From positions 1 through 64,000 of the IMG/VR virus record IMGVR_UViG_2645727714_000001: DNA of 64,000 bases. The stretch is one strand, 5' to 3'. The notes below the pieces were generated by a model. That model was not told the DNA's origin. It made no database searches and saw only the letters and a program-made list of their open reading frames with translations. Below, one piece after another: positions 1-9,863 of the stretch (its first letter is position 1; each line of letters begins with the position of its first letter). The translations under genes and the position numbers were made by a program. The stretch is from a virus. Taxonomy: Duplodnaviria; Caudoviricetes.

Positions 1-270
1 GTGAACCCGCTGGGCGCGCCCGTGCTCGGCGACATCGCCCTGGACGCGATGGCCCGCGCCGTGGCCGGCGCCACCCGGGCCGCCGGACGCCCCTACTACT
101 CCGACCCGGCATGGATGGGCGACGAGGCCGCCCTACGCCGTGAGGCCGACCGCGGCGACCTGGCTCTCTACCACTTCGACGACCAGGCACTCGCCGAGGT
201 CGTCGCCCTCGACTTCGAGAACCGCACCGCCGGCGCAGCCGGCGACCTGACCCTCCTGGAGGCGTCGTGA
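1..270 (+). CDS. Hypothetical protein (may be 5'-truncated)
   Basis: High GC3 codon usage; GTGA overlap with next ORF. Confidence 0.6.
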   Translation: MNPLGAPVLGDIALDAMARAVAGATRAAGRPYYSDPAWMGDEAALRREADRGDLALYHFDDQALAEVVALDFENRTAGAAGDLTLLEAS

Positions 271-566
271 CCAGCCCCAACACCCGGACCGGCTTCGACG
301 ACCCCTTCGAGGGCGAGGACGCCAAGGCGGTGCTGGCCGCCGCTGCCGAGGCGGTCGACCCGCTCGCCGAGCTGATGGTCCCGGCCCGGCTCCTGGAGGA
401 GCTGTGCGAGGACCTCACCCGGATGATCCACGCCGAGCAGGAGGCCCGGCGCGACCCCGACGCCGACGACACCGACCGTGACCGGGCCGGGATGGCGGCG
501 TTCGCACTGGAAGGGGCACGCGAGCTGGTCAACCGCCAGCTCGGGAAGGTCTTCGGTCTGTCATGA
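267..566 (+). CDS. Hypothetical protein
   Basis: GGAGG RBS; coupled overlaps on both sides. Confidence 0.7.
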   Translation: MTSPNTRTGFDDPFEGEDAKAVLAAAAEAVDPLAELMVPARLLEELCEDLTRMIHAEQEARRDPDADDTDRDRAGMAAFALEGARELVNRQLGKVFGLS

Positions 567-838
567 GCGCCCGCGCCCTCCCCGCCGCCGGGGCTCCGTG
601 GATCACCAGCGGTCCCTTCGCGGCCGGGAACGGCCCCGCGCGGGGCACCCTGGCCCGCTACGACCTCGGTGACGGGGAGAGGCTCGACGTCGAGGTGCTC
701 GGCCTGGCCGGTGACGGCGAGACCGACCTCAACGGCGTCGAGGCGCCGGACGAGACCAGCGCCGACGAGGCGCACTACTGGCTGCGTGGGGAGGGCTTCG
801 GGGCCTTCCTGGGCGCGGCCTCCGAGCTGACCTACTGA
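563..838 (+). CDS. Hypothetical protein
   Basis: ATGA overlap; typical codon bias. Confidence 0.65.
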   Translation: MSARALPAAGAPWITSGPFAAGNGPARGTLARYDLGDGERLDVEVLGLAGDGETDLNGVEAPDETSADEAHYWLRGEGFGAFLGAASELTY

Positions 839-844
839 CCACCG

Positions 845-866
845 GCGACGCGGGCAACCGCGTCGC
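845..866 (+). terminator. GC-rich hairpin after the three-gene run
   Basis: GCGACGCGG-GCAA-CCGCGTCGC, 9-bp stem with a GNRA loop. Confidence 0.5.
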
Positions 867-1059
867 TAGCCACCCTGAACTGGCCCTACGCACGCCCGCA
901 GAGGTCTCTGGATATCTCGGCACACCGTGGGACGCGCCCTTGCTGATGTTGTCAGCAGAGAGGTGTCGGAAGAAGGTGGACCGACAGGCGAAAGGCCCCC
1001 GACCGCAGATCGGGGGCCCTGCTGGACCGCTCGCGCTGGTGGGGCAACGAGAGGTACCG

Positions 1060-1599
1060 ATGACAACGACCATGCTACCGGCGCCCGAGCCGGAGGACGC
1101 CGACGCGGCCCGGCAGCGCGGCACGGAAACCCGTGGCCGGCGGCCGGTCATTAGCTCGTTCAGCGGCGGCTGGGGCTTCCTGTCCAACTTCCACATCAGC
1201 GTCCTGACCTGGGAGGGACGGCAGTACCCCACGGCCGAGCACGCGTTCAACGCCGGCAAGACGCTGGACCCGACCTGGAGAGACCGCATCGCCGCCGCGG
1301 GCAACCCCGGTGAGGCCAAGCGCCTCGGGCGCCGGGCGCCGCTGCGACCGGAATGGGACGCCCGGGTCCGCTACGAGGTCATGGCACAGGTCCTGGCGGC
1401 CAAGTTCGTCGGGCCACAGCGGATCGCCGCGCTGCTGTCCACCGGCGACGCCGAGCTCGTCGAGGGCAACCGCTGGCACGACCAGCACTGGGGAGACTGC
1501 CGGTGCGGGCGGCCCGCGTGCGCCGAGCCGGGGCTGAACCACCTCGGGCGACTCCTTATGGCCCGGAGGGCCGAGCTCGCCGCGCGAGGTACGCGGTGA
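1060..1599 (+). CDS. NADAR (YbiA-like) family protein
   Basis: FLSNF..., YPTAEHAFNAGK, EAKRLGR, LLSTGDAELVEGNRWHDQHWG, GLNHLGRLLM motifs; GAGGT RBS before ATG 1060. Confidence 0.9.
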   Translation: MTTTMLPAPEPEDADAARQRGTETRGRRPVISSFSGGWGFLSNFHISVLTWEGRQYPTAEHAFNAGKTLDPTWRDRIAAAGNPGEAKRLGRRAPLRPEWDARVRYEVMAQVLAAKFVGPQRIAALLSTGDAELVEGNRWHDQHWGDCRCGRPACAEPGLNHLGRLLMARRAELAARGTR

Positions 1600-2177
1600 A
1601 CGGGCCCGTGCATCAGCCGCGCCTGAGGATCGTTCCGATCACCCGGGACACTGCGCTCGCCTACATCAAGGCGTGGCATCGTCATCACGCTCCGCCGGTC
1701 GGCTACCGCTTCGCGCTCGGTGTCGCGGCCGACGACGTGCTCGTCGGAGTCGCCACTGCCGGCCGGCCCGTAGCCCGTTCGCTCGACGACGGATGGACGC
1801 TTGAGGTAACCCGAACCAGCACGAACGGGACGCCGAACGCCAACAGCGCCCTGTATGGCGCCGCCTGGCGAGCAGCTCGAGCCCTCGGCTACCTGCGATG
1901 CATCACCTACACCCAGGCCGGGGAATCCGGAGCCAGCCTGCGGGGCGCTGGCTGGCTTATGGTCGCCGAGCTCGCGGCACGCAAGGGGTGGGATACCCCG
2001 AGTCGCCGTCGCCGGAGTCACGGAAACGACGGTGTGGCCCGAGCTCGCTGGGAGATCAAGGCAGAGCTGGAGGCGTTGTCTCTCCGGCCGCCGGGCCACT
2101 CGAAGCCGCCGGATAGTTCCGAGGATGAAGTCGACGGACAGGTCGACCTGTTTGGCGACCTCAGGGAAGCGTCATGA
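1596..2177 (+). CDS. XF1762-family / Mom-like GNAT-fold protein
   Basis: HRHHAPPVGYRFALG, GRPVARSLDDGWTLEVTR, SALYGAAWRAARALGY, ITYTQAGESGASLRGAGW; GTGA overlap with NADAR. Confidence 0.8.
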   Translation: MNGPVHQPRLRIVPITRDTALAYIKAWHRHHAPPVGYRFALGVAADDVLVGVATAGRPVARSLDDGWTLEVTRTSTNGTPNANSALYGAAWRAARALGYLRCITYTQAGESGASLRGAGWLMVAELAARKGWDTPSRRRRSHGNDGVARARWEIKAELEALSLRPPGHSKPPDSSEDEVDGQVDLFGDLREAS

Positions 2178-3901
2178 GCGCCGCGCACCTGGCCCTACGG
2201 CCGTACCAGCGCGAGGCCATCGACGCGGTCAGGAAGGCGTGGGAAGGCGGCACGAACCGGCCAGCGATCATCTTGCCCACCGGGGCCGGGAAAACCGTGG
2301 TCGCGTCCCATCTCATCGAAGAGGAGACCGCCAGAGAAGGCGGCCGGACGCTGTTCCTGGCGCACCGCGAGGAGTTGGTCGACCAGGCCGCGGAGAAGAT
2401 TCGTGCCGTCACATCCGGGCTGCGGGTGGGCATTGAAATGGCGAACCGGAAGGCGGACCTTTCCTGTGGTGTTGTCGTGGGGTCGGTTCCCACGCTGGCT
2501 TCAGGGAGGCGTATCGCGAAGTGGCCCCGGGATGCCTTTGAGCGGGTGATCGTCGACGAATGTCATCACGCTGCCGCCCGCACCTACGGCGGGGTGCTGG
2601 ACCACTTCGGATGCTTCCGGGAGGTCGGCGGAACCAACACCCTCGGCATCACCGCCACGCTCGCCCGCGGGGACGGTGTGGGACTCGGCGGCGTCTGGCA
2701 GGCGGTGGCCTACGAGCGCTCCGTCCTGGAGATGATCGTCGAGGGCTTCCTGGTCAACCCACGTGGCCGGCGCGTCGAGGTGGACATCGACTTCTCCCAG
2801 GTCCGCACCAAGGGCGGCGACTACGTGGCCTCTGAGCTGGGTGAAGCGCTCACGGAAGCCGGCTTCGAGCAGGAGGTGGTCGAGGCCTACCAGCGCCACG
2901 GCGGCGGCCGGCCGGGGCTGGTCTTCGCCCCCACGGTGGCGACGGCGCAGTCCGTGGCCGAAGCGCTGTGCGCGGCCGGCGTGAAGGCCGAGGCCGTGTG
3001 GGGGGAGATGGACCGCGACGCCCGAGCCAAGGCCATCGAGGGCCTGCGCAACGGCGATCTCGACATCCTCACCAACTGCGCGGTGCTCACCGAGGGGACG
3101 GACATTCCCCGCGCCGAGGTCGCCATCATGGCCCGGCCGACAAAGTCCGGAGTGCTTTACCGACAGATGGTCGGCAGGGTGCTGCGCCCCTTCCCCGGAA
3201 AGGCCAACGCCCTCATTCTCGACATTGTCGGAATGACCACGGACCATCGGCTGTGCACCCTGTTGGACCTCGCCGACGGTGAAATCAAGGAGAAGCCGAA
3301 GGCGAAGCCGGAGGAGGACGAGCAGCAGGAGCTGTTCGACGGCGAGGATCTTGTCGGGGCCGTGGAGCGCATCAGCAGGGCGAAGGTGCGCAAGGTCTCC
3401 GCCGTCGACGTGAACCTGTTCGCCTCGACGTCGAAGGTCACCTGGCTCCAGACCAAGGCCGGCGTCTGGTTCATCCCCGCTGGCGACGGCCAGGTGTTCG
3501 TGCGCGAGTCCTCGTTCAAGCCGGGCACCTGGGCGATCGGGGGGATGCCGCGCACCGGTGACCCTGTGCCGTTCGGGAGCGCGCCGGATCTCACCCTCGC
3601 GATGGCCCTGGGCGAGGAGCACGCCGCCCGCGTCGAGCGCAAGGCCGGCTCCCGGTTCGCCCGCAAGGGCACCCGGTGGCGGGACCGCGAGCCCGGCACC
3701 GAACAGCTCCAGGCGGCGGAGCGCTGGGGCGTCCACCCGCCCCCCGGTGCCTCGGCCGGCGAGGTCAGCGACCTAATCTCGATCGCCATCGCCACCGCGC
3801 GCATCGACGGCCACTTCGCTCGGCAGGCCGCACGGCCCCTGCGCCTGCCCACCCGCCCCGGACAGCAGGCACCGCGCGTGCCGGTGAGGACGGCAGGATG
3901 A
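2174..3901 (+). CDS. SF2 DEAD/DEAH-box helicase
   Basis: LRPYQ Q-motif, PTGAGKT, DECHH, TAT, LTEGTDIP, QMVGRVLR. Confidence 0.93.
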   Translation: MSAAHLALRPYQREAIDAVRKAWEGGTNRPAIILPTGAGKTVVASHLIEEETAREGGRTLFLAHREELVDQAAEKIRAVTSGLRVGIEMANRKADLSCGVVVGSVPTLASGRRIAKWPRDAFERVIVDECHHAAARTYGGVLDHFGCFREVGGTNTLGITATLARGDGVGLGGVWQAVAYERSVLEMIVEGFLVNPRGRRVEVDIDFSQVRTKGGDYVASELGEALTEAGFEQEVVEAYQRHGGGRPGLVFAPTVATAQSVAEALCAAGVKAEAVWGEMDRDARAKAIEGLRNGDLDILTNCAVLTEGTDIPRAEVAIMARPTKSGVLYRQMVGRVLRPFPGKANALILDIVGMTTDHRLCTLLDLADGEIKEKPKAKPEEDEQQELFDGEDLVGAVERISRAKVRKVSAVDVNLFASTSKVTWLQTKAGVWFIPAGDGQVFVRESSFKPGTWAIGGMPRTGDPVPFGSAPDLTLAMALGEEHAARVERKAGSRFARKGTRWRDREPGTEQLQAAERWGVHPPPGASAGEVSDLISIAIATARIDGHFARQAARPLRLPTRPGQQAPRVPVRTAG

Positions 3902-6054
3902 GGGCCCTGGGCGCGGACGGCGCCAGCGAGTCGGGCGCGGCGGGAAGCCGCAGGTCAGGGCAGCGAGGCGGCGGCGAGCGGGACGCCCAGGTGCACCTGC
4001 ACCCCGCGGCCGTCGCCGCGGGCGCGGACGGGCCGGAGATCGACCCCGGGCTGCTGCGCGCGGAGCGGGAGTGCCTGGGCTTGGCCCTGCGTGACCCCGA
4101 GGCGCTGGCCGTGGTGCTCGGCACCCTGGAGGAGACCGACTACGCCCGGCCGGCGCACCAGCTCATCCACAACGCGCTCATGGAGCTGCATCCGGAAAGG
4201 CCCACGGACGAGGCCTCCGTGGTCGGCTACCTCGCCCACCGAATGGTCCCCATGGGCAGCGGAAAACCGGCTTCGCTGCTCAGCAGGGTCGGCGGGCAGA
4301 TGTACGTCCATGACCTGGTGTGGAAGACGTCCGCCACGCCGACGCAGGTCGGTTACTACGTCCACCAGGTCTCCGCGGCATCCACCCGCCGGGCCATCGC
4401 CGAGCGTGCCGTCGCACTGCACCGGCTGGCCAGCACCCCCGGCGTCGACCTGGACGAGCTCCAGCGCGAGATCGACCGGGCCCACGAACGGCTGCGCTGG
4501 CGCCCCGGTGGCGGGTGGGGGGAGCCGCGCCCGCTGACCCGGCAGATGCCGCCGCTGCCGGTCAGCTCGCTACCCGGGGTGGTGCGCCGCCTGGTGCGGG
4601 CCGTCTCCGCCACCACCGAGTCCCCGCCTGACCTGGCCGCGTTCGCGGCGCTGGCCACGCTGGCCGCGTCCACCCGCGGGGCCTGGCAGGTGCACGTCGG
4701 CGGGGGGTGGACGGAGCAGACCTGCCTGTACGTGGCCGCGCTGAGCGACTCCGGCACCCGCAAGACCGCCGTGGTCAACCTGACCACGGCCCCGCTGCGG
4801 GCCCTGGAGCGCGACCTGGCCAGCGAGAGCGGCGGCAGGGCGCGACGGGAGATCCTGGCCAAGCGCTACGCCGCGGCGGTGGACACGGCCGCCCGGGAGC
4901 CCGAGGGGGAGGAGCGCGACCAGGCCGAGGCCGAGGCCGAGGAGCTGGAAGCCGAGCTGCACAGCCTGGAGTTCCAGATCCTGGCCGACGACGTCACCCC
5001 GGAGGCGCTGGCCGCGCGCATGGAGCGCCAGGGCGGGCCCCTGGCCACCATCGTCGACGAGGGCGGCCTGCTGGGCACGGTGGCCGGGCGCTACTCCGCC
5101 AACGTGCCCAACGTCGACCTGATCCTCAAGGCCTACAACGGCTCGTTCACCCGCGTGGACCGGGCCAGCAGGGCATCTCTGGTCATCCCGCGACCCATCC
5201 TGACCATCGGGCTGATCGTGCAGCCGGACGTGATCGCCGAGGCCGCCAAGGTGCGCGCCTTCACCTCCCGCGGCCTGCTCGCGCGGTTCCTGTTCGCCCG
5301 CCCGGAGTCCACGGTGGGCACCCGGGCCGGCGGCGCGCCGCCGATGGAGCCCGAGGTGGAGGCGGAGTGGGCCGCCGTGGTCGGCAAGGTCTTCGCCGCC
5401 GGCCAGGAGATCACCGCACGCGGCGAGGTGGGTGCGATCCGCCTAAACCACGAGGCAACGACGGCGTTCGAGGCATGGAGGAACCTCGGCGGCCACGAGA
5501 GCCGGATGCACTCCGAGCTTGGAGACCTGGCCGACATCCAGTCCTGGGCCTCGAAGCTGCCCGGGGCCCTGGTGCGGCTCGCGGCCCTGTTCGCCCTCGC
5601 GGAGCGCCCCGGCGACGCCCACCCGGTGATCACCGGGGCTGAGATGCAGGCCGCCCTCGACCTCGCTCCGTACCTGGTGGAGCACGCCAGGGAGGTGCTG
5701 ATCGGCACCTACGCGGAGCGCGCAGAACGCCTGGAGGCGGTGCTCGGTTTTATTCGGCGTTTTCTTCGAGAGGGGGGTTCCGCCGGTAAGGCGAGAAGTG
5801 GCTCGGAAAATCGGACATCCGAGGACACTTCGGAATCTAACGACATCTTCACGGTGAAAGAGGCGTACCGGGCGCTAGACGGGCGAAGCTGGGTAACCCG
5901 GACATCGGACGTCGAGGAGATCGTCGAGCACCTCGCTGATCTTGGTTACGTCCGGCCGCTGCCGCCCGAGCCGCCCCGTCGCGGCCGGCCTCCGTCCCCG
6001 CGCTACCAGGCACATCCACGTCTGGTGACCGCTGCGAGGCGCGAAACCGCCTGA
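3898..6054 (+). CDS. DnaB-N-like domain + DUF3987 (YfjI-like) replication protein
   Basis: N-terminal AERECLGLAL..DYARPAHQLI; SGTRKT, DDVTPEAL, DEGG, LKAYNG..VDR, RGLLARFLF; C-terminal GRPPSPRY. Confidence 0.82.
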   Translation: MRALGADGASESGAAGSRRSGQRGGGERDAQVHLHPAAVAAGADGPEIDPGLLRAERECLGLALRDPEALAVVLGTLEETDYARPAHQLIHNALMELHPERPTDEASVVGYLAHRMVPMGSGKPASLLSRVGGQMYVHDLVWKTSATPTQVGYYVHQVSAASTRRAIAERAVALHRLASTPGVDLDELQREIDRAHERLRWRPGGGWGEPRPLTRQMPPLPVSSLPGVVRRLVRAVSATTESPPDLAAFAALATLAASTRGAWQVHVGGGWTEQTCLYVAALSDSGTRKTAVVNLTTAPLRALERDLASESGGRARREILAKRYAAAVDTAAREPEGEERDQAEAEAEELEAELHSLEFQILADDVTPEALAARMERQGGPLATIVDEGGLLGTVAGRYSANVPNVDLILKAYNGSFTRVDRASRASLVIPRPILTIGLIVQPDVIAEAAKVRAFTSRGLLARFLFARPESTVGTRAGGAPPMEPEVEAEWAAVVGKVFAAGQEITARGEVGAIRLNHEATTAFEAWRNLGGHESRMHSELGDLADIQSWASKLPGALVRLAALFALAERPGDAHPVITGAEMQAALDLAPYLVEHAREVLIGTYAERAERLEAVLGFIRRFLREGGSAGKARSGSENRTSEDTSESNDIFTVKEAYRALDGRSWVTRTSDVEEIVEHLADLGYVRPLPPEPPRRGRPPSPRYQAHPRLVTAARRETA

Positions 6055-6311
6055 CCAGGCCGTCTTCTTAACGTCCTTTTTTACACCCGGTTCCTGGGGT
6101 CCACGGAGGGAGCGAGCGATTCTGATGGAAAACAAGATCGTTGATCTTGTAAGTCCTATTGATCTGGGAGCACGACCCATACCGCTAAAAAGGACAAGAA
6201 CAGCGGCGCAGGTCAGGGGTCCGCCGACTTTCGGCCTTTGGATTAGTTGATCATGGAAAACAAAACGTAGAAGTCGCCGAGCGCCGGCAGCCACCCGAGA
6301 GGACCCCCGCC
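6055..6311. other. AT-rich intergenic region with hairpin and repeats; candidate replication origin
   Basis: ACAAGATC-GTT-GATCTTGT (6132-6150); ATGGAAAACAA twice (6125, 6253); inverted GTCCTTTTT / AAAAAGGAC (6073, 6187). Confidence 0.5.
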
Positions 6312-7511
6312 ATGACCCCCACCGCAGCCCCCGTCCCGAACCCCACGACCCTGACCGGACCCGCGGGGCGCATCGCCACCGCGGTGGCCGCCGCCTACCA
6401 GTTCCCCGTCGATCTGGCCGCCCTCGCTGCCCTCGGCGTGCTGTCCGCCGCCAGCCGCGGGCGCTGGCGCGTCCGGCTCGCGCCCACCTGGACCGAGTCG
6501 CTCGCGCTCTACACCCTCGGCGTGGCCGAGACGGGCACCCGCAAGAGCGCCGTCCTGAACACCGTGAGCGCGCCGCTGCTGGCCCGGGATCGGGAGCTGG
6601 ACCGCGAGACGATGGCCGCTCGCGTCCAGGCCCAGGTCGACCGCGAGATCGCCACCCGCCGGCGGGACGCCGTCCTGCGAGCCGCCCCCCACGGCACCGA
6701 CGCCGAGCGGACCGAGGCCATCAAGGAGGCCGGAGCCCTCCAGCGCCGGATCGACGCCATCGGTGAACCGCGCCAGGTGGATCTGTGGTTCGCCGGCGCG
6801 ACCCCGGAGGGGCTGGCCGCACGCTTTGCCGACCAGGGCGGTGTCGGCGCGCACCTCGGTGACGGCGAGCTGCTCGCCGACGTTGCCGTCGAGCGGTCTG
6901 GCGCCTGGGCCTGGGCCGGGCTGGACATCCTGCTGAAGGCCTACAACGGTGACCCGCTGCGGATCAGCCGCGCGGGCAAGCCCACCGTGCACCTGGCGGA
7001 GGCGTTCCTGGCGCTCGTGATGCTCGCCCAGCCCGAGACGGTGGCCGAGGCGGTGCGGCACCCGGAATTCCTTGGCCGCGGGCTGATAGCCCGGTTCCTG
7101 TTCGCGGTGGCGCCGCCGGTCGTCGGCACCCGCGGCGTGGACATCCAGGAGGTGCCCGACGAGATCACCGCGGAGTGGGACCGGACCGTGCGCGGTGTGC
7201 TCGACGTCGCCCTCGCTGCCGAGACCGTGACCGAGCTGGAGCTGACGCTGGAGGCGGACCTGGAGTTCACCGTGTTCCAGGCGGAGTGGGAGCCCCGGCT
7301 GCACCCGGAGACCGGCAACCTCGCCGTGATCTCGGCGTGGGCGAGCAAGTACCCCGGGACGGTCGCGCGCATCGCCGCGCTGCTGGCGCTGGCCGACGAC
7401 CCGACCACCACCTGGGTGGGCGTGGAACACCTGCGGGCCGCCGTGAGCCTGGCCGAGGTGCACGTGGCCGGTGCCCGCGCGGTGCTGGCCGCAGCGGCGG
7501 TGGCGGCGTGA
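6312..7511 (+). CDS. Second DUF3987 (YfjI-like) protein
   Basis: TGTRKS, ATPEGL, LLKAYNGD..ISR, GRGLIARFLF, WASKYPG; paralogous to the upstream gene. Confidence 0.82.
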   Translation: MTPTAAPVPNPTTLTGPAGRIATAVAAAYQFPVDLAALAALGVLSAASRGRWRVRLAPTWTESLALYTLGVAETGTRKSAVLNTVSAPLLARDRELDRETMAARVQAQVDREIATRRRDAVLRAAPHGTDAERTEAIKEAGALQRRIDAIGEPRQVDLWFAGATPEGLAARFADQGGVGAHLGDGELLADVAVERSGAWAWAGLDILLKAYNGDPLRISRAGKPTVHLAEAFLALVMLAQPETVAEAVRHPEFLGRGLIARFLFAVAPPVVGTRGVDIQEVPDEITAEWDRTVRGVLDVALAAETVTELELTLEADLEFTVFQAEWEPRLHPETGNLAVISAWASKYPGTVARIAALLALADDPTTTWVGVEHLRAAVSLAEVHVAGARAVLAAAAVAA

Positions 7512-8032
7512 GTCCGACCGCGGGGGCAGGCGCCGTCCCGCGGCAGCGCAAGCCCCGGCGCACCCCGGTGGTCCAGTGGCGGCGCAAGCGCACGCTGGAG
7601 GGCGGGGACTTCGAGGTCCACAGCGTGATGCCGCCGCTGGAGGCCGTGGGGTTCGTGGCCGTGGCCTCCCGGCTGTCGCGGGGGCCCTACGACGTGTCCG
7701 CCTGGCGCCCGCCGCACCTGCTGATCGTTGCCGCCCGGCTGACCGGGGTGAGTCTGGACGGCACGGTGGCGACCAACCCGAGCTTCTCGACCAAGGAGCA
7801 GAACACCCTGTGGGAGCTGTCGCTGCGGTCCACCCCCGGGTTCCAGGTGGTGCCGTTGATCGCGACAGCCCGGCACGCGGCGGCCCCGGGCAGGGGCTGC
7901 GAGTGCTCAGGGCTGCCGAGCGACCCGGTGCGGTTCATGGCACTGACGGGACCCTCAGCCGGGCCGGGCCGGGCGCCCAACTGGCGAGCCTGGAGCCCAG
8001 AGGACCTGTTGGAGCTGGAGCGGGCCGCGTAG
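7508..8032 (+). CDS. Putative Hjc-like PD-(D/E)xK nuclease / Holliday junction resolvase (divergent)
   Basis: GGDFE..V...LEAVGF.....SRGPYDV.A pattern; no clear (D/E)xK; GTGA overlap. Confidence 0.45.
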   Translation: MSPTAGAGAVPRQRKPRRTPVVQWRRKRTLEGGDFEVHSVMPPLEAVGFVAVASRLSRGPYDVSAWRPPHLLIVAARLTGVSLDGTVATNPSFSTKEQNTLWELSLRSTPGFQVVPLIATARHAAAPGRGCECSGLPSDPVRFMALTGPSAGPGRAPNWRAWSPEDLLELERAA

Positions 8033-8384
8033 GCAAAGTGAAGCCTCTAAGAAGGCCGTAGTCCGTAGGCTGTTGCCGGAGGTAGACCTACAGCGGGGCG
8101 GTGCGTTCGTGGCCCTACGGGGACGCTGGGGGCCACGACGGGGGGTTGGGGGGGGTGAGGGTGTCGGAGGGGTTGGGAGCAAATCTTTCTCCCAACCACA
8201 CCACCCGCCCCCACCTCCTTGTCGCACCCCATCACCGCACTGCGTCGGCGGCGTCGTGCGGCGCGGCCGGGAGAAAGATCCGTCAGACTTTCCGACCTTG
8301 ATCGACAGTCCGCGGCACTGTAGCGCGAAGGCAGATGCGTATGCTGTAGTCCACTCAGGTCAATCTGATCTTCGGGGGTGTGAC

Positions 8385-8738
8385 ATGGCCAACATCGAGC
8401 GCGTTTCCCGCGCAGGGCGCCCGTCCTTGCCCCGTGGCAAGGCTGCCCTCGACCGGGCGGTCGCCCTGGCCGACGAGATCGATGCGGCTGGCGGCCTGGA
8501 GAGGCTGGCCCGGGACGACCCGCGGCGCCTGCGGCTCGCCCGCGCGGTGATGCGGGTGGCGGGCCTGGAGACCCTGCCGATGAGCAACCGGAAGGTCTGG
8601 ACGTCCATCGAGCACGTCACCCGCTACGAGAAGGCCGCCTTGGCGGTCCGCGCGGAGATGCTGCGCCGGCGCCGGCTGGCGCCGGCGGTGGCGCGGGTGC
8701 AGGCGGCCCTGGCCGAGGACGGAGGGCAGGCTGCATGA
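8385..8738 (+). CDS. Hypothetical basic protein
   Basis: ATG 8385 after GGGGTG; ATGA overlap with next gene. Confidence 0.65.
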   Translation: MANIERVSRAGRPSLPRGKAALDRAVALADEIDAAGGLERLARDDPRRLRLARAVMRVAGLETLPMSNRKVWTSIEHVTRYEKAALAVRAEMLRRRRLAPAVARVQAALAEDGGQAA

Positions 8739-9007
8739 CGGCCCAGCTCGGTGATCGCGCCCTGGGAAAGGGCGACCGGGTCCGCCTGGTTACGGAGACG
8801 GCCCCGCTCGCCGTCCGGTACGGCACGGCGACGGTGGAGGAGCGAGACCAGCTCGGCGGCCGGATGTGGTGGTGCAAGGTCGAGTTGGACACCGGTGGCG
8901 GGCCGGACGGGAGCGAGTCGCTGGGGAAGTGGATCCTCGAGCGTCAGCTCGCGCTCGTCCGGCGGGCGGGGGAGCGGGTGGTCGTGAGCCGGCGTGGTCA
9001 GGCGTGA
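8735..9007 (+). CDS. Hypothetical protein (SH3-like barrel possible)
   Basis: KGDRVRLV..GTATV pattern; coupled start. Confidence 0.55.
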   Translation: MTAQLGDRALGKGDRVRLVTETAPLAVRYGTATVEERDQLGGRMWWCKVELDTGGGPDGSESLGKWILERQLALVRRAGERVVVSRRGQA

Positions 9008-9286
9008 GGGCGCCGTGTCCGCTTCCTCCTCCTTGCTGCCGCTTGTGAGGTTGGTCCGGGGTCGCGTGAGGCGCCCGCGGGTCCGAGGTGTCTCGGGCTT
9101 CGCGGGCGCTGTCGTGTGCGGGTATCCGCGTGACCTCACACGCCGACCATCATCGTGCGTGATCGAGTGAGGGGAGTGAGCGCCCTGTGCGGATGCCTCG
9201 TCCCGGGGTCCGCGTGAGGCCCCGTGTTGCACGAGGGGTCCGAATCGGCGTATCGATTCGAGAGTTCCTGTGGCAAGGTCGCCATC

Positions 9287-9790
9287 GTGGGAGCGGCTTT
9301 GATCGGCGTGCTGGGCGTGGTGGTCGGCTCGATCATCGGACTGGTCGCGGTGTGGCTGACGGCGCGGTATGCCGAGGGCGTGCAGGAGCGCGCCGAGCGA
9401 CGACAGCGGCGGGGGGAGCGCTTGGAAGTGCTCGCCGATCTTCTGCTTGTCCTGGACCGCACCCGACCGTTCCTTCTGGAGGGGCTCCGCTCCCGGGAGA
9501 ACCTCGACGAGGTCTTCGCAGAGTTCAGCGACCGCTGCGCGCCGGTCTGGCGCATGCTGGCGACAATCGCGATCAGCGACCCGGATCCGTCCCTGCGTGC
9601 CCTCGCTGGAGATCTTCGACTCGCCACCGAGCAGAGCCTGCGTCACACCTACCTGCTCGCCCTAGCCGTCCAGCGTCGTACCGACCCCCAGGACGCTTCC
9701 GCCCTTCAGGGCCTCGATGTCGTCGCGCGCGAAAGCTCCGACCGGGCTCGGGAGCTTCACGAGCAGCTCGCCACTGCCGTCCGCGGCTGA
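9287..9790 (+). CDS. Hypothetical protein with N-terminal TM helix
   Basis: Hydrophobic ALIGVLGVVVGSIIGLVAVWL followed by a helical domain; start uncertain. Confidence 0.6.
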   Translation: MGAALIGVLGVVVGSIIGLVAVWLTARYAEGVQERAERRQRRGERLEVLADLLLVLDRTRPFLLEGLRSRENLDEVFAEFSDRCAPVWRMLATIAISDPDPSLRALAGDLRLATEQSLRHTYLLALAVQRRTDPQDASALQGLDVVARESSDRARELHEQLATAVRG

Positions 9791-9863
9791 AGTCTGGTAG
9801 TCGCATCGAACTGCGGCGGCCCGGTTGGCGCGCGTCCTGTCGGGGCGGGCTGCCCCGCAGTAC

